Shown here: piece after piece, positions 1-12,200 of the stretch
Layout of the letters: the number at the start of each line of letters is the position of its first letter
Position numbering within the stretch: position 1 is the stretch's first letter
Assembly: GCF_964204645.1 (NCBI RefSeq)
Contig: NC_134029.1
Location: forward strand, 4,402,001-4,466,000
Direction of reading: 5' to 3'
Length of the DNA: 64,000 bases
From: Tubulanus polymorphus
Taxonomy: Eukaryota; Animalia; Nemertea
Notes under the pieces: model-generated
Told to the model about the DNA's origin: nothing
Databases searched by the model: none
What the model saw: only the letters and a program-made list of their open reading frames with translations
Position numbers and translations under genes: made by a program

Positions 1-50
1 ATATTTGAACAAGTCTATTCATCGATTTGAGGATCTATACGTTTTGATAG

Positions 51-630
51 GTAATCCACAAGCACATACTCTTTCGCCGGAGTATTATTGTTATGAAGGG
101 GTTTGTGTCGATGTCGTCAAGAAATGTCCCCCACTGGAATCAGTGAAGTGTCCTGGACTGTGTTTGGTAAGTCGTGTTCATACTTTCGAGCAAACTCATT
201 ACTTTCTCTTTCAACATGGGAAAACCGTCCAGGTCTTCCGATTTCTTCGATTCATCATTTAGCGTCTGGTCCAAACGCTACCGAGTTAGACCATGGCTCT
301 AAAACAAGCTGTTCAAATGTATTTGTTAAATTACAGAAATACTATTTCAAACTCAACGCCTCGGATGCATATGTGAAAAAATGCGCCAATAACGAAGGGG
401 TGGATTCGTGTCCGGCTCAACAAACCGATTATGCTGCTACGTCAGAGGATATCCAGTCTATTTCAACGTCCATTGGTTCTGAGTATGAAATAATGAACGC
501 GATGAAAATATGCTGTGTTGATGGAAAGAACTGCAATTCTGTGGAAAAACTCAATTCTTCGATAAGAAGTATCTTAATGTTTGTTTTGATAGGCTTGGGT
601 TTTTCTGGACTTTCATTGAAGTTTTTCTGA
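51..630 (+). CDS. Ly6/uPAR (three-finger, quiver/sleepless-like) GPI-anchored protein, 5'-partial; exons 51-166 and 337-630
   Basis: Splice sites ttttgatag|51, 166|gtaagt and ttacag|337 join in frame. The product has 10 Cys (CYEGVC..C..C..C..KKC..C..CCVDGKNCN) ending in the LU-domain CC-x-CN motif, followed by a hydrophobic C-terminal tail (ILMFVLIGLGFSGLSL) typical of a GPI signal. The signal-peptide exon lies before the window. Confidence 0.8.
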
Positions 631-1445
631 ATTCAGTAATTATCATGGACGTCAAGAATCCGTCCTCCCTCTCGGCCGGGATCCGAATCTGACAATCACT
701 ATAAATCTATTCATGCGCACGTGATGAAATTATGCAAACCAGAGGAATTTATTGCAAATAATGAATTGTAGTTAATCCATGTTTAATTTGATAATGCTAA
801 TCAATTGTATTATTCATATTATGTCAAAATCAATGTATTTGTTTTTTCCGTTACTTTACCCGTAGAAATATCTACAGGATTACAGTCATGTACACGTGTA
901 TCAACACATGTATCTATGTATATTGTCTCTATGTTTTCATTAATTCGAATAATTCCAAAATACCTAGTAAAATTGGTAGCTCATTTTCACTCGTCACAGA
1001 CGTCATATGTTGCAACAGCAGAGGAATTGACACTGTTGATATGTGTGTTAAAATAAGGGTGAACGAGCTCTCCATCATTTCTCCGAATAACATGTAGTCA
1101 CCATTTGTCCTGATGAATCTGCAAATAAAGAGTTCACGACCCGAATATAGCTGAATATAGCTGCAAGTATATTGTCTACTATCAGCCACTTTGAATGAAG
1201 TATCTTCTATCTATTCAAATGCCGTTATCGGTAAAACGATTTTTCAATTTGGATTTAATGGGTTTTTAATCATTTTACGTCTGGACATGAATGCATGCTT
1301 TAATCGTGTTACAAGTAATACACGCGCCAATACTTCTAACAAAATCTACATTAAGTTTGAATCCAGTCCGCATCAATGAAGGTTGTTTGTGTGGCCAGTA
1401 TAAATTAATCGAATCATATCCATCGTTGTGATGTTTTAATGCATG

Positions 1446-2240
1446 TTTTTGACGCCGTCAAAACCGATACGATAATGGATAATGGATTTATACATTGATA
1501 ACTGCTAAGCGTTATTTAAGGGCTACTGTGTGAGTCGATGTCATCAATATTGGTGTTTCAAGATAACAATTACGATTGTAAATTTTGGCGTTCATTTTGT
1601 AATTGATGACTCATTTTGCGATATCAAGACATATCAAGACCCAACATTCTAATACATCTCCCTCCATAAACGGAAGAATTATATCTAAGCCCCCAGCTTT
1701 ATCATATTCTTCGATGACTTTGCAATACCCAACGTCAATGTCGTAATCCATCATCAGGACCCATCAAATTTGCATTAAATCCATTTTTCTACTCAGATAT
1801 CAGTATAGTTTTCATGAATAATAGTGATCTATTTATGAAATAGTTCATTCAGTTTTGACAGAAATCTAACTGAAAAGAAGACTGAGTAACTACCAGCAAA
1901 CTTGGTGGATCCTCACATGCCATCAGTGGAATCCTCGATTGCCCACAGGGTGGGAGGTTCTTCATTTTGTAGACTGGTTGCCTGTCTCAGTCAATGTTCT
2001 ACGTAGACTGGTTGCTGGTCTCTACCTTCAGTCTACCTTCACCCTCTATTCTGACTGCGAATGCAGGTGGCGCAGAATTGGACAGACGACCAGTCTATGT
2101 TCTACGAAGATAGAGACCGGTAACCAGTCTACCCATTTTTGGGCTACTCGGTTAGACTAGTTGCCGGCCAATTATCGATATATTTAAACCCAAAATGCAT
2201 GTTACTTTATTGATGCGTAATCTTTTTTTGCTCTATGAAC
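1446..2240 (+). repeat. Interrupted copy of a ~400-bp dispersed repeat family
   Basis: 1446-1620 matches the 5' half and ~2140-2240 the 3' half of the copies at 20552, 40141 and 44100 (shared motifs gcgttatttaaggg..ctgtgtgagtc..gtcatcaatattgg and gactagttgccggccaatt). Unrelated sequence separates the halves. Confidence 0.65.
1969..2132. mobile_element. Small inverted-repeat element (MITE-like) nested in the dispersed repeat
   Basis: Terminal inverted repeats gtagactggttgcctgtctc / gagaccggtaaccagtctac, with internal copies of tagactggtt / accagtcta. Confidence 0.55.
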
Positions 2241-4144
2241 GAAATATGTTACGACCGAAACTTGGCACTCGCTATATTGAGGTACGATTGTTTATCTGAC
2301 TCCCACTCACTATTTGTAATATGTACGATTCCCATAAAAACCCGCATGATCGAATTTGACCGTTCAACGCGAGCTTGATTGAAACTAAGAAATTGTTTCT
2401 GACAATCTATTTGGTCAAGTAGGGACCGGCTGATGGCGGCGAGCTACTTGTGCTGCGTTGGTGGCCAGTGTGTTGTGAAGAAAATGTCAACTAGCGGAGA
2501 AAATATTTTATATAGCCCGAATCGTCGGTGACCTTGTCGAATATCGTCTAGGGCCCAGTGTCTTCCTCTAGATACTCCTCGATAATTCTAAGTTGCACTA
2601 ACCAATTCCTACAATATAAGAACTTAGCGAACGCGTAATACGTATTTTGCATTCTACACCAAACGATAGCCATTAGGTAACTCGAGACTAGTCCCATTAG
2701 TTTTGCGAGACTGATTTGTATAACGAGTCCGACCGAATTTGTATTTCCTCAGCTCGCAAAAATGGTACCCGCGAACGTTATGAAAGAAGTCGCATTAGGA
2801 GTCCATTTCGTTAGCTCCAAAGACGTTAACACTGAAGAGAAAGGATCTTCGTTCCTTTTAGCTCAACTATCGTCTGCGCAGTGACATTTTTTCCGTTTAC
2901 TTTCGTATTTGAAAATGCGAAACAGCTTGTGTCCAAATATTATTCTCGATGGGAACAATGTTGACTTGTGTACGACTTTTGTATCAGAGGAGGCGCACTG
3001 TTACGTAAGCTTTATGAAAAGCAAATAAAACGGACAGAAATAGTTGATTATATGAAAACATCGGGGGTTTTATCTCCATCTGATATGTATAAGCTGGACG
3101 GTATTGTGTTGAGTGCAACACATATATTTTTGTCTTGTAGAACATTTTCTTTAACGTGTGCCCGACCAAGTTCAAAGTGGTGCACGAAGAGTTCGACTGT
3201 TCATTGACATTGACAGTAATGAGAAGGGGTTATCAATCGACAGGGTATATAGATCTCGAAATAGAAATCACCGCAGCATTTGTCGATATTTGTTATTTGT
3301 TAGACAGGATTAATTGACTTCGAATTTTAAAACTTTCGAAATCGTTTTCATCGAGCGTTTTGTAAAATGGCGTTATTTATCCGTATAATGTTCTAGGCTA
3401 TGAACGACTGAAGTAGCTCGTCACTATTATCATAGTAAGCACTCTTTTCTCCGGAATAAAAAACCAATATCGACACTGATGCATTATTACTCTGACACAA
3501 CCATCGCTTACAGCAGCAGGACTTTGACTATGATTGCCTTTAGATGGATAAGCTTGCGAGATATTGATTAGCTAACCACACGGGCTTTAGGGCATTGTGT
3601 ACAAACGTTGGTGATGACAGCTACGTACCCGGACGGAGGCAACGTGTGACCTAGCATCATCGACGTTACAAATTGTCGAACGGATTAAGAAAAGCGAACG
3701 TTCAAACCGTCAAGGCAAAAATGAACGCCATGACGTCATGCATCATTAGAGTAATGGAATAGGACCGTAATATAGAAATTAAGATACACGTATGCGTGTA
3801 TGCGTTTGTACGTATGCGACGGTTCGGCCGATACGTACTTACTCTGATGGGTATTAGAAAAAAGTGCGCCAGGCAAAAATGACAATTTTTGCCTCTTAAT
3901 TCTTCTGGTTAGTGCACTGACTAGTTACGGTGGGGATAACAAACAGCTGAGATTTGTTCAAGTCGTAAGTGTAAAGGCTATTGTTTAGTGTTGGTAAGAA
4001 CCCTAGATGTTTTTTTATTCTCGGTTATATCATCGACGCACGCTTATCGTCGACGCTAGGCTAATAATGTCTTAGTGGACGTGATGTATTTTATGATTAT
4101 ACAATTGGAATCGTGTCCAGAGAGGTTGATCAGATCTCTAGTGG

Positions 4145-4845
4145 TCAGTTCTTCTGCTTCGTTGGCCGTTGGCATCGATTCAGCTGTGGCTACTGAAGAT
4201 ACAGCCGATCAACTCCAGGTTCCATGCGTGTGAGGACGGCGGCTGCCAGAACACATCGAACACGTTTACAGCGATCAGGATAAATACGGATTTACAACCA
4301 AAGCTCGGTAGATTGTTTCCCTAGGGAAATTAGGGATTATTTGAATAATTCCGTCATTGTGAATGAAAGTCGTGTGTTTTGTTTGCGTTTCGTAGACGTG
4401 TGCGCTGCAGTTTCTGCTGTTATATCGGAGACATATCTCTGAACGCTGCTCGAAGACATCTCGATCCGGCAGCAGCGCCGGCGGCAAATACTCGAATTTT
4501 CGAAAATCCGACCTGTTGTCGTCGTGTGGTCAAACGCTTCTTACAAGACGCGCTTTTTGATGTAAAATGCGACGCACGCGCGATGGAAAGTTTCGCGACG
4601 TCGTGGAGTTTCTATGAATGGTCGCCGGTAATTTAGACTATTGTTTGAATTGTTCAGTGTGGACGCCCACGCATTCTCGTGCGGATGGTTATGTTCGCGA
4701 CGCGTGCAGTCCGGACTACTCTATTTCCGATAAGTTGGCCACAACGGACACAAAAACTGGGCGCCACCACATTTCTATAGATATCATGTTATCAAACAAA
4801 AGGATAAACCTGCCGCAACTTCGTTCAAGTATCATCAGAAATAAG
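4145..4845 (+). other. Probable non-coding first exon (5' UTR) of the cystine-knot growth-factor gene
   Basis: Inr-like TCAGTT at 4145, a CpG-rich stretch, and a strong donor ATAAG|gtgagt at 4845/4846. A good acceptor (ttttatttcag) opens the ATG exon at 6173. The start position is inferred. Confidence 0.45.
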
Positions 4846-6231
4846 GTGAGTGATCAGTCGAACTAGTTGGGCTAAAATGCGCAATAAAAAACAAAACAGG
4901 AAAAACCAAAGATTTCCATTGAAAATGATTTCATAGAAAGGGAAACGATGCAGGCGATGATGACAACATAGTTTGTTTTCAATAGTTTTTTTTTCAAAAT
5001 TCCTATTGCAGTCTACATTTGAAAAAATCATTTCCAATTTTGAAAAAAACTCATCAATTCCTATAGAAGATAAATTCTCAGGAATTTTGAAATTCCTAGA
5101 AGACGGAGAGCAGGAGGTAGAGAGGGTGCGGGGTTGCAGGCTGCACGTGGGTGAAACATATCGATTTATCACAACACTTGAATAATTCAACGTAATCCTG
5201 CTGCCTATGTAGCTACCCACAATACTAACAACAGTGTGGATCTGGGTGACGATGAAATGAAATCTTAATCCGATTTCGGGAATTTTATTTTTCCTCCACG
5301 GTTTATAAATGATTAAATGGAAATTCGTTCGTGGCCGTAGCAATTCAATGGGCTACCTTCCTACGAACAGCACATGTTTGATTAAAACTAATACGCAGTA
5401 GGCTCAGTTACAGATTCGGAAGAAAGTTGAATATTTGGTAGTTTGACATTTTGTCGGATTGAGATAATCCGCTCTCGTTTTAAACGTTCCCTGCAGTAGT
5501 AATTCTAGCCAGCGCTGAGGCCTAATGTGTACTTGAGAATAAGTGACGGATTTAAATTCTCCGTCGTTATTCATTCGTTCAGCGCATACACTTGATGCGT
5601 TTGTTCTGGAGATAGTGCTACCCATTAACGGTTTTGCTGAGAGAAATTGTCAGTACCAGGGTATAATCAATACGGTATCTTACCATCGCTGAACGTATTA
5701 TAGGCACGCAGTTATGTATATTGTACCCCGTCTTCGCCGTCGCCTAATGGAATTGTTTGGAAAAGAGGGCCATTCCATCGCCGAGCAAATCGTCGACATT
5801 TCGCATCTCGGGTACGAAACAGGCCAATAAATAGAAAAGGTGTCCTATTTCAATACTTAGGCGCCCCACCTAATTAAATATACCCGAATAAAGCAACTGT
5901 TTTGGTGGACAACGTCGTATGGTTCATCTGTCCCTTCGTTGATGTGGTTCGTCTTCAAAACTGAAATACCGTTATTTGTGCAATAATATCTAGGACGATT
6001 TTTGGAAGTCCTCAGACGCGTGATTCGACAATATCAAATGTATTGAATATATCTTATACTGAAGCGCGTTATCACTTTCTAATTCACTAACCGCATTGTG
6101 AAAACATCGGTTGCCTTAGTGCATTAGTTAAATCCTCTATTTTTGTATGTATGATTTTCTATTTTATTTCAGTAAAGTTTCATACACCTCACGCTGGAGC
6201 TAAGTCGATTGACTGGTTGCAGAGTATACCG

Positions 6232-9200
6232 ATGTGGATCCGACCCTCAATCGTAAGTACTAGATTATAAGCCGACAGGCATTTCAACAACGTCTTGCTT
6301 ATTGTTCACAGCTCGTCTGAATGGCGGGCAATGGCACTCCTTTCCTCCAGGTTGCCGCTTCTAGATGTCCACGACATGTGTATTAATCCTATTTGTGTGG
6401 ATCCAAGTTACGAGAACATTTCGGATTTTACCAAAATTATATTATGACGACCGAAAAGTTTTACGCATCCGTGACGTGGAAAATGGTAGCGAAACCCCCC
6501 GATGCTTCGTCCGTCTCAAAACCCTGACTTTCTTAGCATTTTAATCATGGGGAATTTGCATTTCTGTATGGTAAATACTGATTTGAAAATGATTTAAGAT
6601 TCCAATAACTAACTGTTCACATACTTCATAATAGTCTGCGAGTTGATATTTCCTATGATCATTTGCTCCTAGAATGCACAGAGAGTTTGAAGACCGATCC
6701 CCTTTGGATTCCAGCCTTTCAATACTGATTGAAGCTTATTTCGATGCATTCACACCTAGTCGATTAACCGAAATGGTTAATGGTGTTGATACTTCCAGAA
6801 TTACTGTATCATGACTTCTACGAAATTTGAAATTCGAAAGTTTAAGCACGTCGTTGAAATGGACCCTTTCTGATGGAATAAATTGCATTAATTTCACCGA
6901 GTGCTTGTAAATTCTTCCCCTTGTGAACTGAAAATCGCATTTCACTTCGATCCCGGAACATCTCGGCGGCTGTAGTACGCGTATATTTTCACCTCGCGCC
7001 TGTTGAGGACGACGTGTACCCGATTGTATAAGTAACAAATTGATTTTGTGTCAGAGCGAATCTCGGGCGTTTTATGGAGATTCTGTAACTGGGACGAGTA
7101 ACATTAATTTGCCGGGCGTGTAATTAAATTGATTCCATTTCCTATAGCAAACGACTAGACCGACTGTCTTTGACAATAAATCTGCCCGTCTATCAAACCA
7201 GGCAAATTCATTCCTAACCTTCTCCGAGTAGATGTTGATTATTTCACTTACTAAACAACGATTTTGCATGTGTTTCTTTAAAAATTAGGTTCGTTATTCG
7301 CGCCCCCTTTTTTAGAGAATTTCTAAGTCCAATGAATATGATTCTAAATGATAATCGATACCGAAAGTGAACTATTAAATGACTTGTCCATATCTATTTT
7401 TTGCGGGGGGAGTGGAGTAAGTTTACCCCTGCTGTTTTTTACATGTTAACGAACACCATAATCATTCGGACGAAGATGGCGGTCTATATTTTTGCCATGT
7501 CGGCTGATGATGAACCGTTGGTATATATGGGTTTTTGGATTCAATGTAGATATAAGAATATTTTACTGATGAAACGACAAATCACACAGATCGGTCTGGT
7601 ATTTCACAGAGGCGTCAAGTATCATTTGCAAGAAAAAAGCAATATAGCGAAACAAGAACGAGCGAAATTCATTGAGAATAGAAAGTTCTCCTTGACCTTA
7701 AGATACATTTGATCTTATAAGACAGAGTCGACCGATAGGAAAGTTGACTTAAGAATTATGTAACCATAGCTTATAAATATAACATGTACAGGAAATTAAG
7801 AGATGATGGCTGATATGTTGCATCAAGTGCCACCGCCTTAGTTTCACGGAAGCATGAAATCGGACAGAGAGATGCGATGAGGATTTTGACGGAGGTATCT
7901 CTGTTCGGATCGGCGTATGGCAGAAGTTTGTCAGGTAGATGCGCGATTAAACTGATCATCCTACCGGTGATTATTGTATAACGGTCGTTAAGCCGTCGAA
8001 TATTGTTTTAAATGTCAGCCGCTTACGTGGGCGGCTAGCTTCTATTTTCCGCATGGTTATGCTTGTAAGACGCGTCCGAGCGATTTAACACCCCGTGTCA
8101 CGTCGACAGTATTAGCTGTTATACCTCGGGCTATTTGAAAAGGTATTTGAATTGTAAAATCAGTCGGTTTCATTCATTCGAACTTAACGATATCTGACGT
8201 GAAATATATGATCTGAACTGACAAAATTACTTTCGAATTGTTTTATGTATTTTCCAAAAAAACCTCGACTGAAAAGTTTTCATAAGTCCCTTTCTTTGAA
8301 TGCATTGATTTGTTACGAAGTGGTTTGTGAGAATGATGAATATTGGCCGTATTGGCCGTCAAATGGCCGTCAACCGCGGCATTCAACTTTAATAAGCTGA
8401 TTACAGTGACGTGAATGGTCTCTTTATAGGTTGGAAGGTTGGGCGATTGAAGTCTCTTTTAGTTGGTTGCCAGATATTACAACAATATTGTGAGGCATTT
8501 TTCAATGTATTCCCGGTATGATATTTTAGATAATTAATAACGTTCGATAAACCTGTTTTGATTCCATTCGTATAAATGTACCTTGTCCCAAACTAAAAAA
8601 ATCGTAATCCCAACCACGACGACGGTCTCAGACGGCGAATGAGAATTCGATACACTATTGGGCGAACACTAATTCATTCGCTTGCATTGAAATTAGAGAT
8701 AAACCCACGCAGTTCCTAAAACTTCTAAAGGCTGGCTTATGTCGACAAGCAACGCGACGCCTACCGACTCCTACCGACGCAACCGAGAGCAACTGCGATC
8801 GCAGCCCAGCTTATGTCGACTGCGCTCCGATTCCCAGCAACTGAGGCCGACTAGCGGGATACGAGATCCTCCCAGTTGCTTCCCTAGATGACTATCCTTC
8901 CTCGGTTATCTAAAGAGGGTTTCCAGCGGTCCTTCCAAGTCTTTCTGTGTCCTTCTTTTGGAAAAAGTTTAGACAAACATCATCCTTGTCCTTCTTTTTG
9001 ACTCTAATCCTTCCTCTTGATAAAAAAGTCCTTCCAAATTTGTAATTTAAGTACTTTTTGTGCGCAATTTTGTTGCGAATTCGACTGTAGAAGTATTTTC
9101 TTACTCAGACCTGGTAATTCAATTGTCAGTAAGATTGAATATACAGGAAATTGACCTTGAAATGTATGACTGGTCTACATGACGAGTATTCCGGCAAAGG

Positions 9201-12200
9201 CATTGCGAAAGTGCTCCCTTGTGGGCCCTCATTTTACGGGAAAGTACTTCTTTCCGAGTCCAAAAGTCCCTCCTAAAATTGCCGAAAAAGTCCTTCTTAG
9301 TACTTCTTTTTATCCTGGCCTTATACCACTGGAAACAGTGTGAAATGTTCTATATCACTCATTACCGTAATCAAAGAAACGACTTGAACTACGGTATAGT
9401 CAGCGTACTAACCGGTGTGAGCTCGTCTGATTGAAGAATACCCGAATCTTCGGATGAACTTGAGGCCCCTTTGACATCGTTTTGGAGACGGAAGTCGCTT
9501 ATTTTCAAGTGCTGATGAACTGACGGATTAATTGTTAAGGAATTCTTGACGTTTTCCCGTAACTGAGCGTGGGATGCCTACGACAGTTTCCTTCATTGCA
9601 TTTTCCCGAAAAGCTACTAAGTGATAGCACCCTAAATCATAAAAATAAACAGCTATATTTGTTATTTAAACAACTTAGTATGAAAATGTCGCTTTAGCTT
9701 AAAAACTTGCCGTCCTTCCTGTAGATTAAATATTTTGATTTCGTGGACCTCGCCAAAAGGTAATTTGTTCGAATCGTATAGACATCTTTTTACGCCTACC
9801 CTTGTTCCGTTACGTAATGCTTAGTCAAATGTACTCAACCCAACAAATGCTTTTAATTTAAAAAGGACCAATCTACGACTTTGCGGAGAATTTGTTGCTT
9901 TTGAAGTCGGGTAGATGTGTATTTAGAGTAAGCGAAGAGAGCGGAGTATGCTGGTCCATTGTATCAGTAACAGCGCATGGTGGTGTCATGAGCAATTTAC
10001 TTTGCATTGAAAATTTCAACCCGACTTATATCAGCGACGGAAATGGAAGGATAATAGGTCTTGGCAAAACAGGATTCCCTACGCGGGTTCCTGATAGCAC
10101 GGTAACAATGCATTTAATTTTACAATTTCGCCAACCAGAAACCAAGCCTTTCTCCGCTGATATGTAGTATAATTTCACTTCCAATATTCTATGATTTGGT
10201 TGTAGACTCGTGGTGAACGTGAACAACCTCGAATAAGATAAGTTAAACTCCATATGCTATATAGTTGTGGGTGCGTCATCTAAAAAAAGATGGCCCCATA
10301 CAGACCGCGAGCTGGAGTTGACGATTGTGTATTACATGAAAACGTAGAGACATAGAGCGTCTTTATATCGTTCCATGTTTTTGCGAAGGCTAAATGTTTA
10401 TATTTGGCTGCGGTAATTCGAGAACGAACTGGCTACGCTGAAAACGTAATTTCCTAAGGCTTTTTGTCCATTTGTATGGTTGGGACATCTATGATGGCAA
10501 CAAGAAGCGGATGCCGGGTGAAGGCATAGTAATAAAGGGTAATGAAGTGACTCGAAGATGCGAGATACGCCTCGAAAGGTTAAACGTATTATACGAAACG
10601 GTCTTTGTTTTACAACGTGATGATTGACTAATTTACCAGTGGTGCTGATTAGGTCTCATTCAATGTAGACACGAAGCAATTTTATCGGTAACGCGGGTAC
10701 CGCTGAGTACTCAACCGCCCGCGGTAATGGTAAAAGGTCCAGGGTTGATGACAAATCGAACCGGCCTACGACTTTATACGCCTTCTAGGTTATGGCCTTC
10801 ATGGCCGTATGGAGAGTATCTTCAGTCCGGTTTTGGCTACTGAAACGTACGTCCGACCACGAACAGGCTTCTCGTGTGTGCCCCCAAGACCTCCATTCTT
10901 TCCCACGAAATCATAGTTCGTATTAATATGATCGTTCGTGTCATTCAATATCATCTTGGCATCCTCGACTTGATCATTACGCCATTCGTGTATGGCGTGA
11001 CGGTGTTGCAGCGGGACATTTATATATTACCTCGTAGCTGAAAAGCGGAGAGCATGAAGAATGATTGCCCTGTGTTGTATAACATTCGTGCTCTTAACAT
11101 CCACCCCCGCGTTGCCTGACACTTGATCTGGTAATAATGTCTAAAAACTATGGAAGACTGTTGAACTCCGGTAGTAACGGATAGTTAGGCAACCTTAAAC
11201 CGATACGCTCATCATGTCACTGTCATCTTTTACCCTTTGCCGTATTCTCTAATGCGTTTCCTTCACGCTGCTTCCTTTTTTTTGTAGACGCGCGGCAAAA
11301 GCGCGTCGGCGACACTTTGATCTCGCGTTCGCAAGTTTAAATTGATACGAGTTTGTCTCTCATATTTTAGCCATGTTTTATTATTCTTTAATGACTCGGC
11401 CCAGTCTGTCATAAACTGGTGCTTTCGTTATAATTGTTAACATCGATTTGTGAAGCTCGTTTTACTTCTATACAGAAAGAAATTCATTTTGAAACGTTAT
11501 ACGCAATATTTTTTAGTGTCATCTTACTTGAATGTCTCAATGCCTCTTGTATATCGCGTATCTTGCAGTTTCGCGCTGGAAAAGTGGCGCTTGATTCGCT
11601 GCTAGAGTTATCAATCATTGAACTAGCGGAACATCTTACGAAATACTGTTCACTGTCATTTCATTGCTACATATGTTAAAGGTGATGTTCTCAAATACCT
11701 GGCATTATTCATTTATCAAATTCCATTCTTTAAACGTGTTAAACCGTTCAATTTTAAGTGTACAAGTCCCTTCGTTGCTGCGGGTAAAAACTTCATCAAT
11801 TTAACCGACAAATTCTAGGCCAAACAACTAGAACATATTTGCGGAATTCTATTCTCGGTATTGATAATCTATTTTTAATCGGCGATATATCGGTGAAGAG
11901 AATTTTTCCAATGACATTTCAACGAACGTTACTTCTCGAGGGCGCTATATAGCGTCTCTTTGACGTTTTAGATAATGGCAGATATTAATTGCCATCAACA
12001 TTTACTGTAAAACTGTATAATGAAGGAAATTTCGTTACCAACGAGGCATCAGTTGGCTCTCTATCTATCTCTCTCTCTAAACTGGATAGATAGTACATTC
12101 AGTTAGTTCGACATGTCGCTTGTCATGTTTTACAACATTCTCACACTCCCACCGGTTTGTAACTATTTTCACGCCAACTATTTCGCGTATTATATACGTT

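Noticed and set aside
4825-5343. 172-aa minus-strand ORF
   Set aside because: It has no recognisable motifs, overlaps low-complexity AT-rich sequence and lies antisense in an intron.
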